Of a DNA stretch of 64,000 nt, positions 50,850-59,413 are shown in pieces (within the stretch, counting starts at the first letter, position 1; each line of letters starts with the position of its first letter). The notes below the pieces were generated by a model. The model had not been told where the DNA came from and did not search any database. It saw only the letters and a program-made list of their open reading frames with translations. The position numbers were made by a program, and so were the translations under genes. Origin of the DNA: Candidatus Latescibacterota bacterium (lineage in GTDB: Bacteria > Latescibacterota > UBA2968 > GCA-2709665); the NCBI GenBank assembly GCA_963662665.2, contig CAXXJS010000025.1:64001-128000 (forward strand), read 5' to 3'.

Positions 50850-50998
50850 AACCACCAGGCGTTCATTCGTGTACGCCGTCGTTATTCTTGGCGGCTAATG
50901 ACACCCGGTGTTAGAATGCCCGCGAGGCCTTGATTATCTCGAAGCCGCGACAACAGCGGACGTTCAACCTCCCTGAGGGAGATACTCAAAGTGTCAGC

Positions 50999-51027
50999 TT
51001 GCCAGAGGGCCCGGTAATGATTATTAT
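50999..51027 (+). promoter_or_regulatory. Sigma70-type promoter of the ankyrin gene
   Basis: TTGCCA-17 nt-TATTAT, about 140 nt upstream of ATG 51167. Confidence 0.55.
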
Positions 51028-51047
51028 AACTGGCGTGCTCGACAGGG

Positions 51048-51163
51048 AGCCTCCGGTCCGCGGAAAGGGCTAAGCCCACCCACCTCATCAGATCCTGAAG
51101 TTCCGATAGCACCTTCTTTCTGCCCGAAGATGCGGACGCCGGGCGACACTGCGAGAGGAGGCT
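51048..51163 (+). ncRNA. Candidate structured cis-regulatory leader RNA
   Basis: AGCCTCC (51048)/GGAGGCT (51157, contains the SD); GTCCGC/GCGGAC; GGGC-TAA-GCCC hairpin. Confidence 0.5.
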
Positions 51164-51166
51164 GCT

Positions 51167-52396
51167 ATGCCCCGCCGTCAAAGTCTTCCCGTTAATCCCA
51201 ACATCGAGAACCTCAGGAAGCGGGCAAAATCGCTTCTGGCCGCCTATCGGTCGGGCGATCCCGAGGCGATTTCCGCCTTTGAGGATCTGCATCCACGGGA
51301 CGTTTCCGTCGAAAGCGTCAGGCTGGCCGACGCACAACTCGTACTCGCGCGCCTGTATCGATACCCAGGCTGGCCCAGAATGCTGATTGCGGCCAGACTG
51401 TGCGCGGCTGTGTCCAGCGACGACCTTGAAGCCGTACGTGATCTGGTCATGGAGCACCCCGAACTCCTGACAGAAGAGGCTCGAGGCCGAGGTTCGCACT
51501 GGGGCGCAGCGATGGGATTTGCTGCTGAACTGGGAAAGACCGGGATTGTAGAGATGCTGGCGGACCTGGGCAGTCCGGAGATCCAACACGCCTTCGGGCG
51601 AGCCATCCTGCAGGGAAATGCCGATACCGTTCGTGCGCTGGTAAAGAAAGGCGCAAAAATAGAGCGCGGGGTTGCGATGGGTGCCTGTGAAACCCTGAAT
51701 AGCAAGGGACTGCAGATGGTTCTGGATCTCGGCGGGGAACTCTGCGACGCAGATGGGGATTTTTCCGCGCCGGCCGCGATGGTCCTCGAGACATACAGCC
51801 GCAACCCGGTTGGAAAGCACGAGTGTCTGAAAATTCTCGCCGAAAGTGGCGTGGAATTTCCGGACACCCCCGCTATGGCTTTCCATTTTGGGCGGATCGA
51901 TTTGCTGGAGCGTCATCTGGACCGGGACCCCGAACTCATCTCCCGCAGATTCCGGTACGACGACATCTATCCTCCCCACCTCCGTGTTGGCGACGACACC
52001 GGTCTCCACGGTACACCTCTTGATGGGACAACGCTCCTGCACATGGCGATCGAATTTGACGAGGACGAGATTTTCGCTTGGGCTATCGAACACGGCGCGG
52101 ATGCGAACGCGGCAGCAGATATCGATGCCGACGGTTTTGGGGGGCACACCCCACTGTTCAACTGTGTCATCAAGAAAGGCCGGAAGGAGGACAGAATGGC
52201 TGTCGAGCTCCTCGACACGGGAGCGGACCCGTCCCATCGGGCGTCCATCCGAAAGGGCCTGAAGTCAACCGCTGATGAAGCTGTGCGTGAATACAGAGAT
52301 GTGACACCGATTGAATACGCCGTTCGATTTCACGACCGGAGCTATGTGAATCAGGCAGCGGTAGAGGCGATTGAATCCCGGATATTCTCAGGTTGA
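51167..52396 (+). CDS. Ankyrin-repeat protein with N-terminal helical domain
   Basis: GTTLLHMAIE, GADAN, GHTPL, LLDTGADP. N-terminal LP..PNIE.LRK.AK..LADAQ..LAR.Y...W. Confidence 0.85.
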   Translation: MPRRQSLPVNPNIENLRKRAKSLLAAYRSGDPEAISAFEDLHPRDVSVESVRLADAQLVLARLYRYPGWPRMLIAARLCAAVSSDDLEAVRDLVMEHPELLTEEARGRGSHWGAAMGFAAELGKTGIVEMLADLGSPEIQHAFGRAILQGNADTVRALVKKGAKIERGVAMGACETLNSKGLQMVLDLGGELCDADGDFSAPAAMVLETYSRNPVGKHECLKILAESGVEFPDTPAMAFHFGRIDLLERHLDRDPELISRRFRYDDIYPPHLRVGDDTGLHGTPLDGTTLLHMAIEFDEDEIFAWAIEHGADANAAADIDADGFGGHTPLFNCVIKKGRKEDRMAVELLDTGADPSHRASIRKGLKSTADEAVREYRDVTPIEYAVRFHDRSYVNQAAVEAIESRIFSG

Positions 52397-52467
52397 TCGA
52401 GACTGCCGTTTTACGACCCTGCTTGCTCGAAATCCGTAGGGTCTCAAACACCAATGGTGATAGACTG

Positions 52468-52866
52468 ATGAGGCACTATATCCACCACATCGTTTTAACT
52501 GTGAGTGATGTCAAGAAATCAACGGATTTTTACAGTAGAATATCCGATTGGCAGATTAGAGAACAGGCGGAAGACTATACGGAATTCGTCCCCTCGGACG
52601 ACCCCGGCGGACGAAAATTCCTGTTTGTCATCGGTACGCCAAGAGACTATCCCGTCTCAGGCAACGTGTTTGATCGAAATCGAATTGGCCTTGACCATTT
52701 TGCCTTTCTGGTCGAGACACAAGAGGAATTGCAAGCCATCGAACAACGGCTTCGAGCGGAGGATATAGAAATGGAAGATGGAGGCATTACAAATGATGAC
52801 TTCGGTGGGACAGCGATTTTCTGCTACGATCCGGACGGAATGAAAGTCGAGTTCCATCTTGCGTGA
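52468..52866 (+). CDS. VOC/glyoxalase family protein
   Basis: IHHIVLTVSD..S..FY, GLDHFAF, DPDGMKVE. Confidence 0.9.
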   Translation: MRHYIHHIVLTVSDVKKSTDFYSRISDWQIREQAEDYTEFVPSDDPGGRKFLFVIGTPRDYPVSGNVFDRNRIGLDHFAFLVETQEELQAIEQRLRAEDIEMEDGGITNDDFGGTAIFCYDPDGMKVEFHLA

Positions 52867-52986
52867 CTGAATCAGACGACTTCGTCGACAAGCGATTTGC
52901 GCTGTCTGAACGTGGATGGGGAATTGTCTCAAGCTGCCGACCCGATTACATGATGCTGACGCAGGACCCCGTATCAGGAAACGCGA

Positions 52987-53661
52987 ATGAGTCACTCCGT
53001 CCGCAGCCATCTTCGTCTCGAAGTCGATGCCTACGACGAAGCCATCCGCCGGTTCATCCCCGGCTACGAGGAAGGCCTGAACAGGATCGCTGGTGAAATC
53101 GCCGGAATCCGCCCGGCCCTCGTGCTGGACCTCGGAACGGGAACGGGAGCCCTGGCCGAAGCGATGCTCGAGTACGAATGCGTGGGCGCCGTGGAAGCCA
53201 TCGACGTGGATCCGGAGATGCTGGACCGGGCCCGCACCCGGCTCAGGCGATTCGGGTCCCGTGCGCGCTTTCGCGAATGTTCATTCGAAGCACCGCTCCC
53301 CGCGTGCGATGCCGTGGCCGCCTGCCTGGCCCTGCACCATATTCCGGCGATACGACGCAAGCGCGCCCTGTACAGGCATATTTTCCGGGCGCTTCGCCCC
53401 GGCGGGGTGTTCGTGACCGCCGATGTGACGATGACGGCAGATCCGGTGGAACGTGAGCGGTGCTACCGCATCTGGACCGCCCACCTGGTTTCGCACGGCA
53501 TTGAAGAACGCCGCGCCCGTGAGCACTTCGACGAGTGGTCCTCCGAAGACACCTACTTCCCGGTCGATGACGAACTCGACGCTATGCGCATGGCGGGTTT
53601 TGACGCCGAATGTGTCTGGCGCGACCCGCCGAACACGCTCCTGGTGGGACGCAGGCAATAG
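52987..53661 (+). CDS. Class I SAM-dependent methyltransferase
   Basis: LDLGTGTG, IDVD..ML, LALHH, LRPGG. Confidence 0.9.
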   Translation: MSHSVRSHLRLEVDAYDEAIRRFIPGYEEGLNRIAGEIAGIRPALVLDLGTGTGALAEAMLEYECVGAVEAIDVDPEMLDRARTRLRRFGSRARFRECSFEAPLPACDAVAACLALHHIPAIRRKRALYRHIFRALRPGGVFVTADVTMTADPVERERCYRIWTAHLVSHGIEERRAREHFDEWSSEDTYFPVDDELDAMRMAGFDAECVWRDPPNTLLVGRRQ

Positions 53662-53788
53662 GTTTGGGGTCGCACTGGCTTTGAAATTCGCGTTGTGCGA
53701 AAAAGGACACTCCAGGAGTATCCGCGAGACGGAATCCGTCAGAACCCTTTTCCTGGAGTTGATTCAACAAGACCGCAAGTGAGTTCCT

Positions 53789-54826
53789 GTGGAAAAGCAT
53801 CGTCAGCATTATCTGCACGCTGCCGGAGAGGCCCTGGCGAATTACGATATTGGGGAAGTCCGCACCGACGAGCGCAAGCAGGTGGGCCATATTGGCTTTT
53901 CAGGCTACAGCATGGTCAAGTTCCGTGCGGAGGGGGCATCCGGGAGTTACCTTGTCACCGTGTATTATGCCGAGGGAGACCGGAACATCCATGATTATCG
54001 GACCGCCATCCGGTCGCACCTTCTCTGGCTCGAAGCCCTGGACCGCGACACCGATCTGGTCGTACAGAGACCGGTCCACAATCTGTCAGGCGACTTTATC
54101 ACTGACGTCGAGTCCATTGGCTATCGGGCCTTTCTCGTCACCCTTCTCCGCTGGGTCGACGGCGACCTCGTCTGGGACAACTACGGGGAAGAGGCGTTCG
54201 TTGACCTGCCATCGGGAATACTTCACAACGTGGGGTCGGTCCTCGGCGAACTTCACCGGCACAGCAGTCGGTGGACCCCTCCCGAAGGCTTTACTCGTCC
54301 CGGTAGCGAACCTGAAAAACTGCAACTCGACCTGAATCGCCTGCGTCCCGCTGCAGACGACGGTCGCATTGGCGCGTGTGATTTCGCTGTTTTGGAACGG
54401 ACTGTATGCCAAATCATCGAACATGTCGCGGAAATGGACAGATCTCCACGGTTTCGGGGATTGCTTCACGGAGATTTCTCATGCGGCAACTGCATCGTAC
54501 ATGGGGACGAGATCCGTCCCATTGACTTTGACTGGTGTCGATTCGGGCATTTTCTGGCCGACGTGGGATGGTGCTTTGCCGTAAATCCGATGAGTTCCAC
54601 ACGTTGTGAAGCTTTTCTCCGCGGGTACGAACAACAGTGCAATTTTCCCGATAACCATCTGCGAACAATCGAATGTTTCTTCATCGAATCCTGCATTCGC
54701 CTGCTTTCCTGGCGTGCGGGAAATCCTGTAGAGGTCTTCCCGACGTTGCCGCGTTTTGTAGACGGCGTCTGCCGGAAATACCTCGAACGCGAACCGTTTG
54801 TTCTTGAATGGATGGAGGAACTGTGA
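53789..54826 (+). CDS. APH/homoserine kinase type II-like phosphotransferase
   Basis: LLRWVDG, LGELH, HGDFSCGN, IDFD. Confidence 0.88.
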   Translation: MEKHRQHYLHAAGEALANYDIGEVRTDERKQVGHIGFSGYSMVKFRAEGASGSYLVTVYYAEGDRNIHDYRTAIRSHLLWLEALDRDTDLVVQRPVHNLSGDFITDVESIGYRAFLVTLLRWVDGDLVWDNYGEEAFVDLPSGILHNVGSVLGELHRHSSRWTPPEGFTRPGSEPEKLQLDLNRLRPAADDGRIGACDFAVLERTVCQIIEHVAEMDRSPRFRGLLHGDFSCGNCIVHGDEIRPIDFDWCRFGHFLADVGWCFAVNPMSSTRCEAFLRGYEQQCNFPDNHLRTIECFFIESCIRLLSWRAGNPVEVFPTLPRFVDGVCRKYLEREPFVLEWMEEL

Positions 54827-54971
54827 ATCTGGAGAACAGGACCAGACCAACATCGCACGACGCCCGAGGGCATCGTGAATTGCGGGCAGGACATGTACCT
54901 GCCCGTGGGGCTGTGAGGTATGTTCGTGTCACCAACCTGCATTGAGTCAGGATTGCCCAGGTGGTAGATTG

Positions 54972-55625
54972 ATGACAACGTCCGCAGGTTTCGTTCTGGT
55001 TTTTTTCCTTCTATCCGTTATGTCACCCGCAACCGCGGATGATCAACCCGGATCGGCGGACGATTACGGCCGCGCCCGGATTGGCGGCATGACGGGCAGA
55101 ATCAAGTGGGAGTCGATGATTCAGGGCGAGGGTCTGAAGGGTTGGAAGCCAGGCGACGAAAGGGTGTGGTTCCGGGAGGGAGACACGGTAATCGCAAGAG
55201 CGGGTGCACAGCATAAAGGCACCAGACTCGTCAAGGGAGACAGTACGTGGTCACACTATGAGTTCAAGGTTCAGGTGACGCTGGTTAAAGGCGCCAACGT
55301 GCAGATCCGCTTCGGCATCAACGAAGAGAGCAGGGAGTATATGGTCGATTACCTCGGTGGCTGGAAGGCGCTGGCGATCAGCACCTACGAGCGCGGCAAG
55401 CGCGGCGTCACCAAACTCGACGTGGTCAACCTGGTCCTCGAACGAGGGCGGGAATACGATCTCGTTCTGGCAGTTCGGGGACATTCCGTTACCACCTACG
55501 TAAACGGTAAGCTCGTCAACCGGTTGACCCTCGAAACGAACCCGAAAGGAGCGGTTGCGCTGGGCACCTGGGGACATCGCGCGGTTGCCCGATTCAGGGA
55601 TCCGAAGATTCGGCACTACAACTGA
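54972..55625 (+). CDS. DUF1080 (3-keto-disaccharide hydrolase-like) secreted protein
   Basis: Signal peptide; GLKGW, W..EG, YEF, YVNG, G.VAL..FRD.KIR. Confidence 0.75.
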   Translation: MTTSAGFVLVFFLLSVMSPATADDQPGSADDYGRARIGGMTGRIKWESMIQGEGLKGWKPGDERVWFREGDTVIARAGAQHKGTRLVKGDSTWSHYEFKVQVTLVKGANVQIRFGINEESREYMVDYLGGWKALAISTYERGKRGVTKLDVVNLVLERGREYDLVLAVRGHSVTTYVNGKLVNRLTLETNPKGAVALGTWGHRAVARFRDPKIRHYN

Positions 55626-55699
55626 CGCTTTCGGAATGGTTCCGGAGCCGGAATCTCGTGTACAGCCGACGCGATTCACGCGGTTTACTGCCGTTGACC

Positions 55700-55733
55700 T
55701 TTATCCTGCCCATCCTGTCCATCGATGTAAGTT
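55700..55733 (-). repeat. Short dispersed repeat (CAGGAT-type), copy 1
   Basis: Reverse complement matches 61401-61434 at 29 of 34 positions. Confidence 0.6.
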
Positions 55734-55766
55734 TGTGTTTTTTCATTCTTCGGTCGAATTCACACT

Positions 55767-56417
55767 ATGAGGCTCCAGATGCCGAATTTGAACGCCGCCC
55801 CGCGCCATGCTTCATTTGTAGAGATAACCGGCGACCCGAACCTGCCGGACGTGCTTCTGATCGGGGACTCGATTTCGATGGGGTATACGATCCCGACTCG
55901 AGAACGTCTCAAAGGCAGGGCGAACGTCCACCGTCCGGCTGACAACTGCGGACCGACGAGCCGCGGGCTGGCGCAATTGGACGAATGGCTGGGCAATCGG
56001 AAGTGGGATGTCATCCACTTCAATTTTGGGCTGCATGACCTGAAATACGTCGATGCCGGGGGCGGACTCACCGAACCGGGAAGAGGCAAGCTGTCCACGT
56101 CCATCGACCAGTATAAGGAAAACCTGGGGAAGCTGGTTGAAAGGCTGAAAGCGACGGGAGCGAAGCTGATCTGGGCGACAACCACACCCGTACCAGAGGG
56201 CGCGAATGGTCGAAGGATGGGAGACGCAACGGAATATAACGCCGCCGCGATGGAGGTCGTGAACGAACCTGGCATTACAGTCAACGATCTCCATGCCTTC
56301 GCCCTGCCGCGACTGAAGGAACTTCAACTGCCAGAAAACGTGCACTTCACACAAGAGGGTTCGGAGATTCTGGCAGATCAGGTCGCCAGCGCGATTTTGG
56401 AACGTCTTGGAGAGTGA
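55767..56417 (+). CDS. SGNH/GDSL hydrolase
   Basis: IGDSIS, NFGLHD, ENVHF. Confidence 0.9.
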   Translation: MRLQMPNLNAAPRHASFVEITGDPNLPDVLLIGDSISMGYTIPTRERLKGRANVHRPADNCGPTSRGLAQLDEWLGNRKWDVIHFNFGLHDLKYVDAGGGLTEPGRGKLSTSIDQYKENLGKLVERLKATGAKLIWATTTPVPEGANGRRMGDATEYNAAAMEVVNEPGITVNDLHAFALPRLKELQLPENVHFTQEGSEILADQVASAILERLGE

Positions 56418-56465
56418 CGCCGGAGTACTGGAGAAACCGCCGGAGACAACAGGGTACCCTGATTC

Positions 56466-57479
56466 TTGACTCCTTTTGAGGAACTTACATTTCGCGGTCA
56501 GCTTCGGCGCCTTAGACAACTCGCACTCGAGGCGCTTGCGTCCTACGACCTGGGCGATTTTACGCTTCGGCCTATACAGCACCGGGAGAACGCCACCTTC
56601 CTGGTAAGGGCTGGAGGGCGTCGATACGTCTTGCGCGTCAACCGGCCGAAGAACAGGGACCAGGCCTTCGTCGGGTCGGAGCTGGAGTGGCTGGATGCAA
56701 TCACCCGGGATACGGACCTCGTCGTGCCCGCGCCGGTCGCCGATAGGGAAGGAAAGCTGCTGACGGTCGCCTCCACGCCGGGGATACCGGAACCAAGGGT
56801 CTGCGCTCTTTTTCGATGGGTGAAGGGCCGCTTTGTCAGCCAGCACGACCTGACCGGGCGACATCTGGAAAGGGTCGGCCGACTTATGGGAAGGTTGCAC
56901 AACCACGCCGCGGGTTTCGTCCCCTCATCCGGCTTCACGCGCATCCGCGGGGACACCGGGGGGCTGCTCGGCGGCGTCACCGGCGGGACGATTGACCTTG
57001 CAAAAGCATTGCTCGGTCCGGACGGACGCGCCACCGTCGACCGGGCGGAATCGATCACGCGCACCGCGATGGCGCAATTGGGAGAGGCCTCGTCCACTTT
57101 CGGCTTGATACATGGCGATCTGCATCAGATGAACTACGTCTTCCTGAAGGGCGAAGCGCGCGCCCTCGACTTCGACGACTGCGGACGGGGCTACTTTCTC
57201 GGCGATATGGGCGCCACCCTCGGTCCACTGGTCAGCCGGAAGGATTTCGGCTCGCTGCGCGCCGCCTTTCTTCGCGGATACAGGAGCATCCGACCCCTCG
57301 ATGCCACACACGAGCGAATGCTGACCGAGTTTCTGATTGCCGACCGTCTGAAGATCGCCGTCTGGATGGCCGGCCGTGCGGACAATCCGGGTCTCCGCGA
57401 CAACGCGGAGGGATTCGTTCGGGACCGCGTCGACCAGATGAGAAATATGATGCAATGGGGATCCGATGTTTTCGAGTAA
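56466..57479 (+). CDS. APH/homoserine kinase type II-like phosphotransferase
   Basis: ENATF, SELEWL, GRLH, HGDLHQMN, LDFDDCG. Confidence 0.9.
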   Translation: MTPFEELTFRGQLRRLRQLALEALASYDLGDFTLRPIQHRENATFLVRAGGRRYVLRVNRPKNRDQAFVGSELEWLDAITRDTDLVVPAPVADREGKLLTVASTPGIPEPRVCALFRWVKGRFVSQHDLTGRHLERVGRLMGRLHNHAAGFVPSSGFTRIRGDTGGLLGGVTGGTIDLAKALLGPDGRATVDRAESITRTAMAQLGEASSTFGLIHGDLHQMNYVFLKGEARALDFDDCGRGYFLGDMGATLGPLVSRKDFGSLRAAFLRGYRSIRPLDATHERMLTEFLIADRLKIAVWMAGRADNPGLRDNAEGFVRDRVDQMRNMMQWGSDVFE

Positions 57480-58437
57480 ATCACACACGCTTGTCTTCAA
57501 TGTGAACCAGACGGGTAAGACATTGCGCTTGACGGCAACTCTTGATGGGAAAACCCACACGTATACCGTCCCTGAACGTCAGAAAGTCTGCGCCAGATTG
57601 AAAATCATATACAGATTGTTGAATCCCTGGTCGTCCCTCTTGGGTACAATTCACGAGTTCTACGCCCGCGTCAGGAGAACAACCGGAAGGCCGGGGATCC
57701 ACGCCTTGCTCACTGAAGTCGGCCGGATTCTGTACGCCCCTGTCGATGCGTGGATTGAACGGGCGTCCGGTATTGAGTTTGTAGTGGCTGAAGAGCGTCT
57801 GGCCTTTCTCTTCGACGCACTCTATTATAGAGGAAAACCTCTGTTTCTTCACAAGCAGGTGTCCTACAGCCTGCACGCACACTCTGACGATCCTCTTGAC
57901 GTCTCCCGCAAGTGGAAAGGCCTGCTTATCTCGCATGAATCGTCGGATCCTGAACGGGCTGTATTGGCAGTCAAAGACCTCTTTCCCGGTTCTTTCTACT
58001 ACGACGACCACGATGTGCATCTGGAGGAACTGAGAGATATTGTGGAAGTTGATTTTGTGTTGATCAGCGGTCATGGAGGACCTGTTAAAGGCATTGAACT
58101 GGAAAATATGCCGATTCGCCCAGAGACGCTTGTTCACATGGCACCAAAACTTGTGTATCTGGATTCCTGCCGTTTGGGTCTTCATCGCGGGTTTCTGGAA
58201 AGACTGCATCAAACGGGTACCCGGTATTATCTCGCGCCAATTCTGAACAACGAATCGGGCGAGTCCTCCACCAAAACCATCCAGCGCTTTTTCACGGCCT
58301 TGTCCGATGGCGAAACACCTTCTAATGCATTATTTATCGCGCGAAAGACGCTTTATGAGCACTATTCCGCTCAAGGAGACGATTTCCGTTTGGCGATGGT
58401 GCGTGCATTCCCTTTCAGGATATATCGCCTAAACTGA
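57466..58437 (+). CDS. CHAT-like (caspase-fold) domain protein
   Basis: ILYAP, ISGHGG and YLDSCRLG dyad motifs, FFTAL..G.....AL..AR. Confidence 0.6.
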   Translation: MFSSKSHTLVFNVNQTGKTLRLTATLDGKTHTYTVPERQKVCARLKIIYRLLNPWSSLLGTIHEFYARVRRTTGRPGIHALLTEVGRILYAPVDAWIERASGIEFVVAEERLAFLFDALYYRGKPLFLHKQVSYSLHAHSDDPLDVSRKWKGLLISHESSDPERAVLAVKDLFPGSFYYDDHDVHLEELRDIVEVDFVLISGHGGPVKGIELENMPIRPETLVHMAPKLVYLDSCRLGLHRGFLERLHQTGTRYYLAPILNNESGESSTKTIQRFFTALSDGETPSNALFIARKTLYEHYSAQGDDFRLAMVRAFPFRIYRLN

Positions 58438-58479
58438 ACGCCATTCAACTCGGATGCAAACGCGAAAGGTGAGATAATC

Positions 58480-58896
58480 TTGCCTGGCTCCTCAATCGTC
58501 TACAGCGACAACCGGAATATCCCGCTCGATGCCATATTGAAGCTCTACTCGGCGAATGAATGGTCGTCCGCGAACAAACCGAACGAGCTTCGCGATGCAT
58601 TGATGAACTCCCACTCCCTGCTCACTGCCTGGGATAACGAGAGTCTTGTCGGGCTGGGCAATGCCATCTCGGACGGGCATCTGGTTGTGTATTATCCGCA
58701 TCTGCTGGTGGATCCCGAATACCATCGCCAGGGTATCGGATCGGAATTAATGAGAAGATTGATGGCAATCTACGAAGGCTTCCATCAGCACGTGCTGATT
58801 GCGGATGGAAGGGCGATCGATTTCTACGAAGCGTGCGGATTCACAAGGGCAGGCAAGACAGAGCCCATGTGGATCTACTCCGGCGATGATCATTAA
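58480..58896 (+). CDS. GNAT-family N-acetyltransferase
   Basis: LLVDPEYHRQGIG, FYEACGF. Confidence 0.9.
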   Translation: MPGSSIVYSDNRNIPLDAILKLYSANEWSSANKPNELRDALMNSHSLLTAWDNESLVGLGNAISDGHLVVYYPHLLVDPEYHRQGIGSELMRRLMAIYEGFHQHVLIADGRAIDFYEACGFTRAGKTEPMWIYSGDDH

Positions 58897-58946
58897 CAGA
58901 GTGATAATACAGTTGCGTTTTTTATAACTTTTTGTGAAATATAACC

Positions 58947-58982
58947 ATGCCGGAGATCAGTCGGTTTCCTGGACTGGAGTGA
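58947..58982 (+). pseudogene. DUF4160-family gene remnant (11 codons)
   Basis: MPEISRFPGLE* keeps the typical MPEISRF start and LE* end, 4 nt before a DUF2442 gene. Confidence 0.65.
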
Positions 58983-58986
58983 CAAG

Positions 58987-59232
58987 ATGATACCCCGTGT
59001 AGTTGACGCCCGGTATGCAGGCGACTATGTGATCTGGCTCAGGTTCAATGACGGAGTGGAAGGAGAAGTAGATCTGAAAGATGAACTATGGGGCCAGGTT
59101 TTCGCGCCGCTGAAGAACAAAGAGTATTTCAAGAATTTCCGAGTTCACCCTGACTTCCATACGTTAACGTGGGAAAATGAAGCGGATTTTGCGCCTGAAT
59201 TCCTGTATGAGATTGTGAAAGTCACGGCCTAA
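58987..59232 (+). CDS. DUF2442-domain protein (putative TA component)
   Basis: Y.IWLRFNDG..G.VDL..F.PL..W.N.ADFAPE.LY. Confidence 0.85.
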   Translation: MIPRVVDARYAGDYVIWLRFNDGVEGEVDLKDELWGQVFAPLKNKEYFKNFRVHPDFHTLTWENEADFAPEFLYEIVKVTA

Positions 59233-59287
59233 GCGGGGTGTTTCTGTATTCTGGAACCCGTGAAAGAAATCGCGTTGCACACGATCC

Positions 59288-59322
59288 CGGCGGTTTGACC
59301 CAACACCGCCGCTTTGTTTTTT
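59288..59322 (+). terminator. Intrinsic terminator
   Basis: CGGCGGT/ACCGCCG stem followed by a T-rich tract. Confidence 0.6.
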
Positions 59323-59413
59323 CGTCAGGTCGTATCAATTCGGGATCACCTGAGCCAGGATGCGATAGAATTCCCGATATCCGGATTCCGGACGAGAAGC
59401 GGAAAGGACTGCG

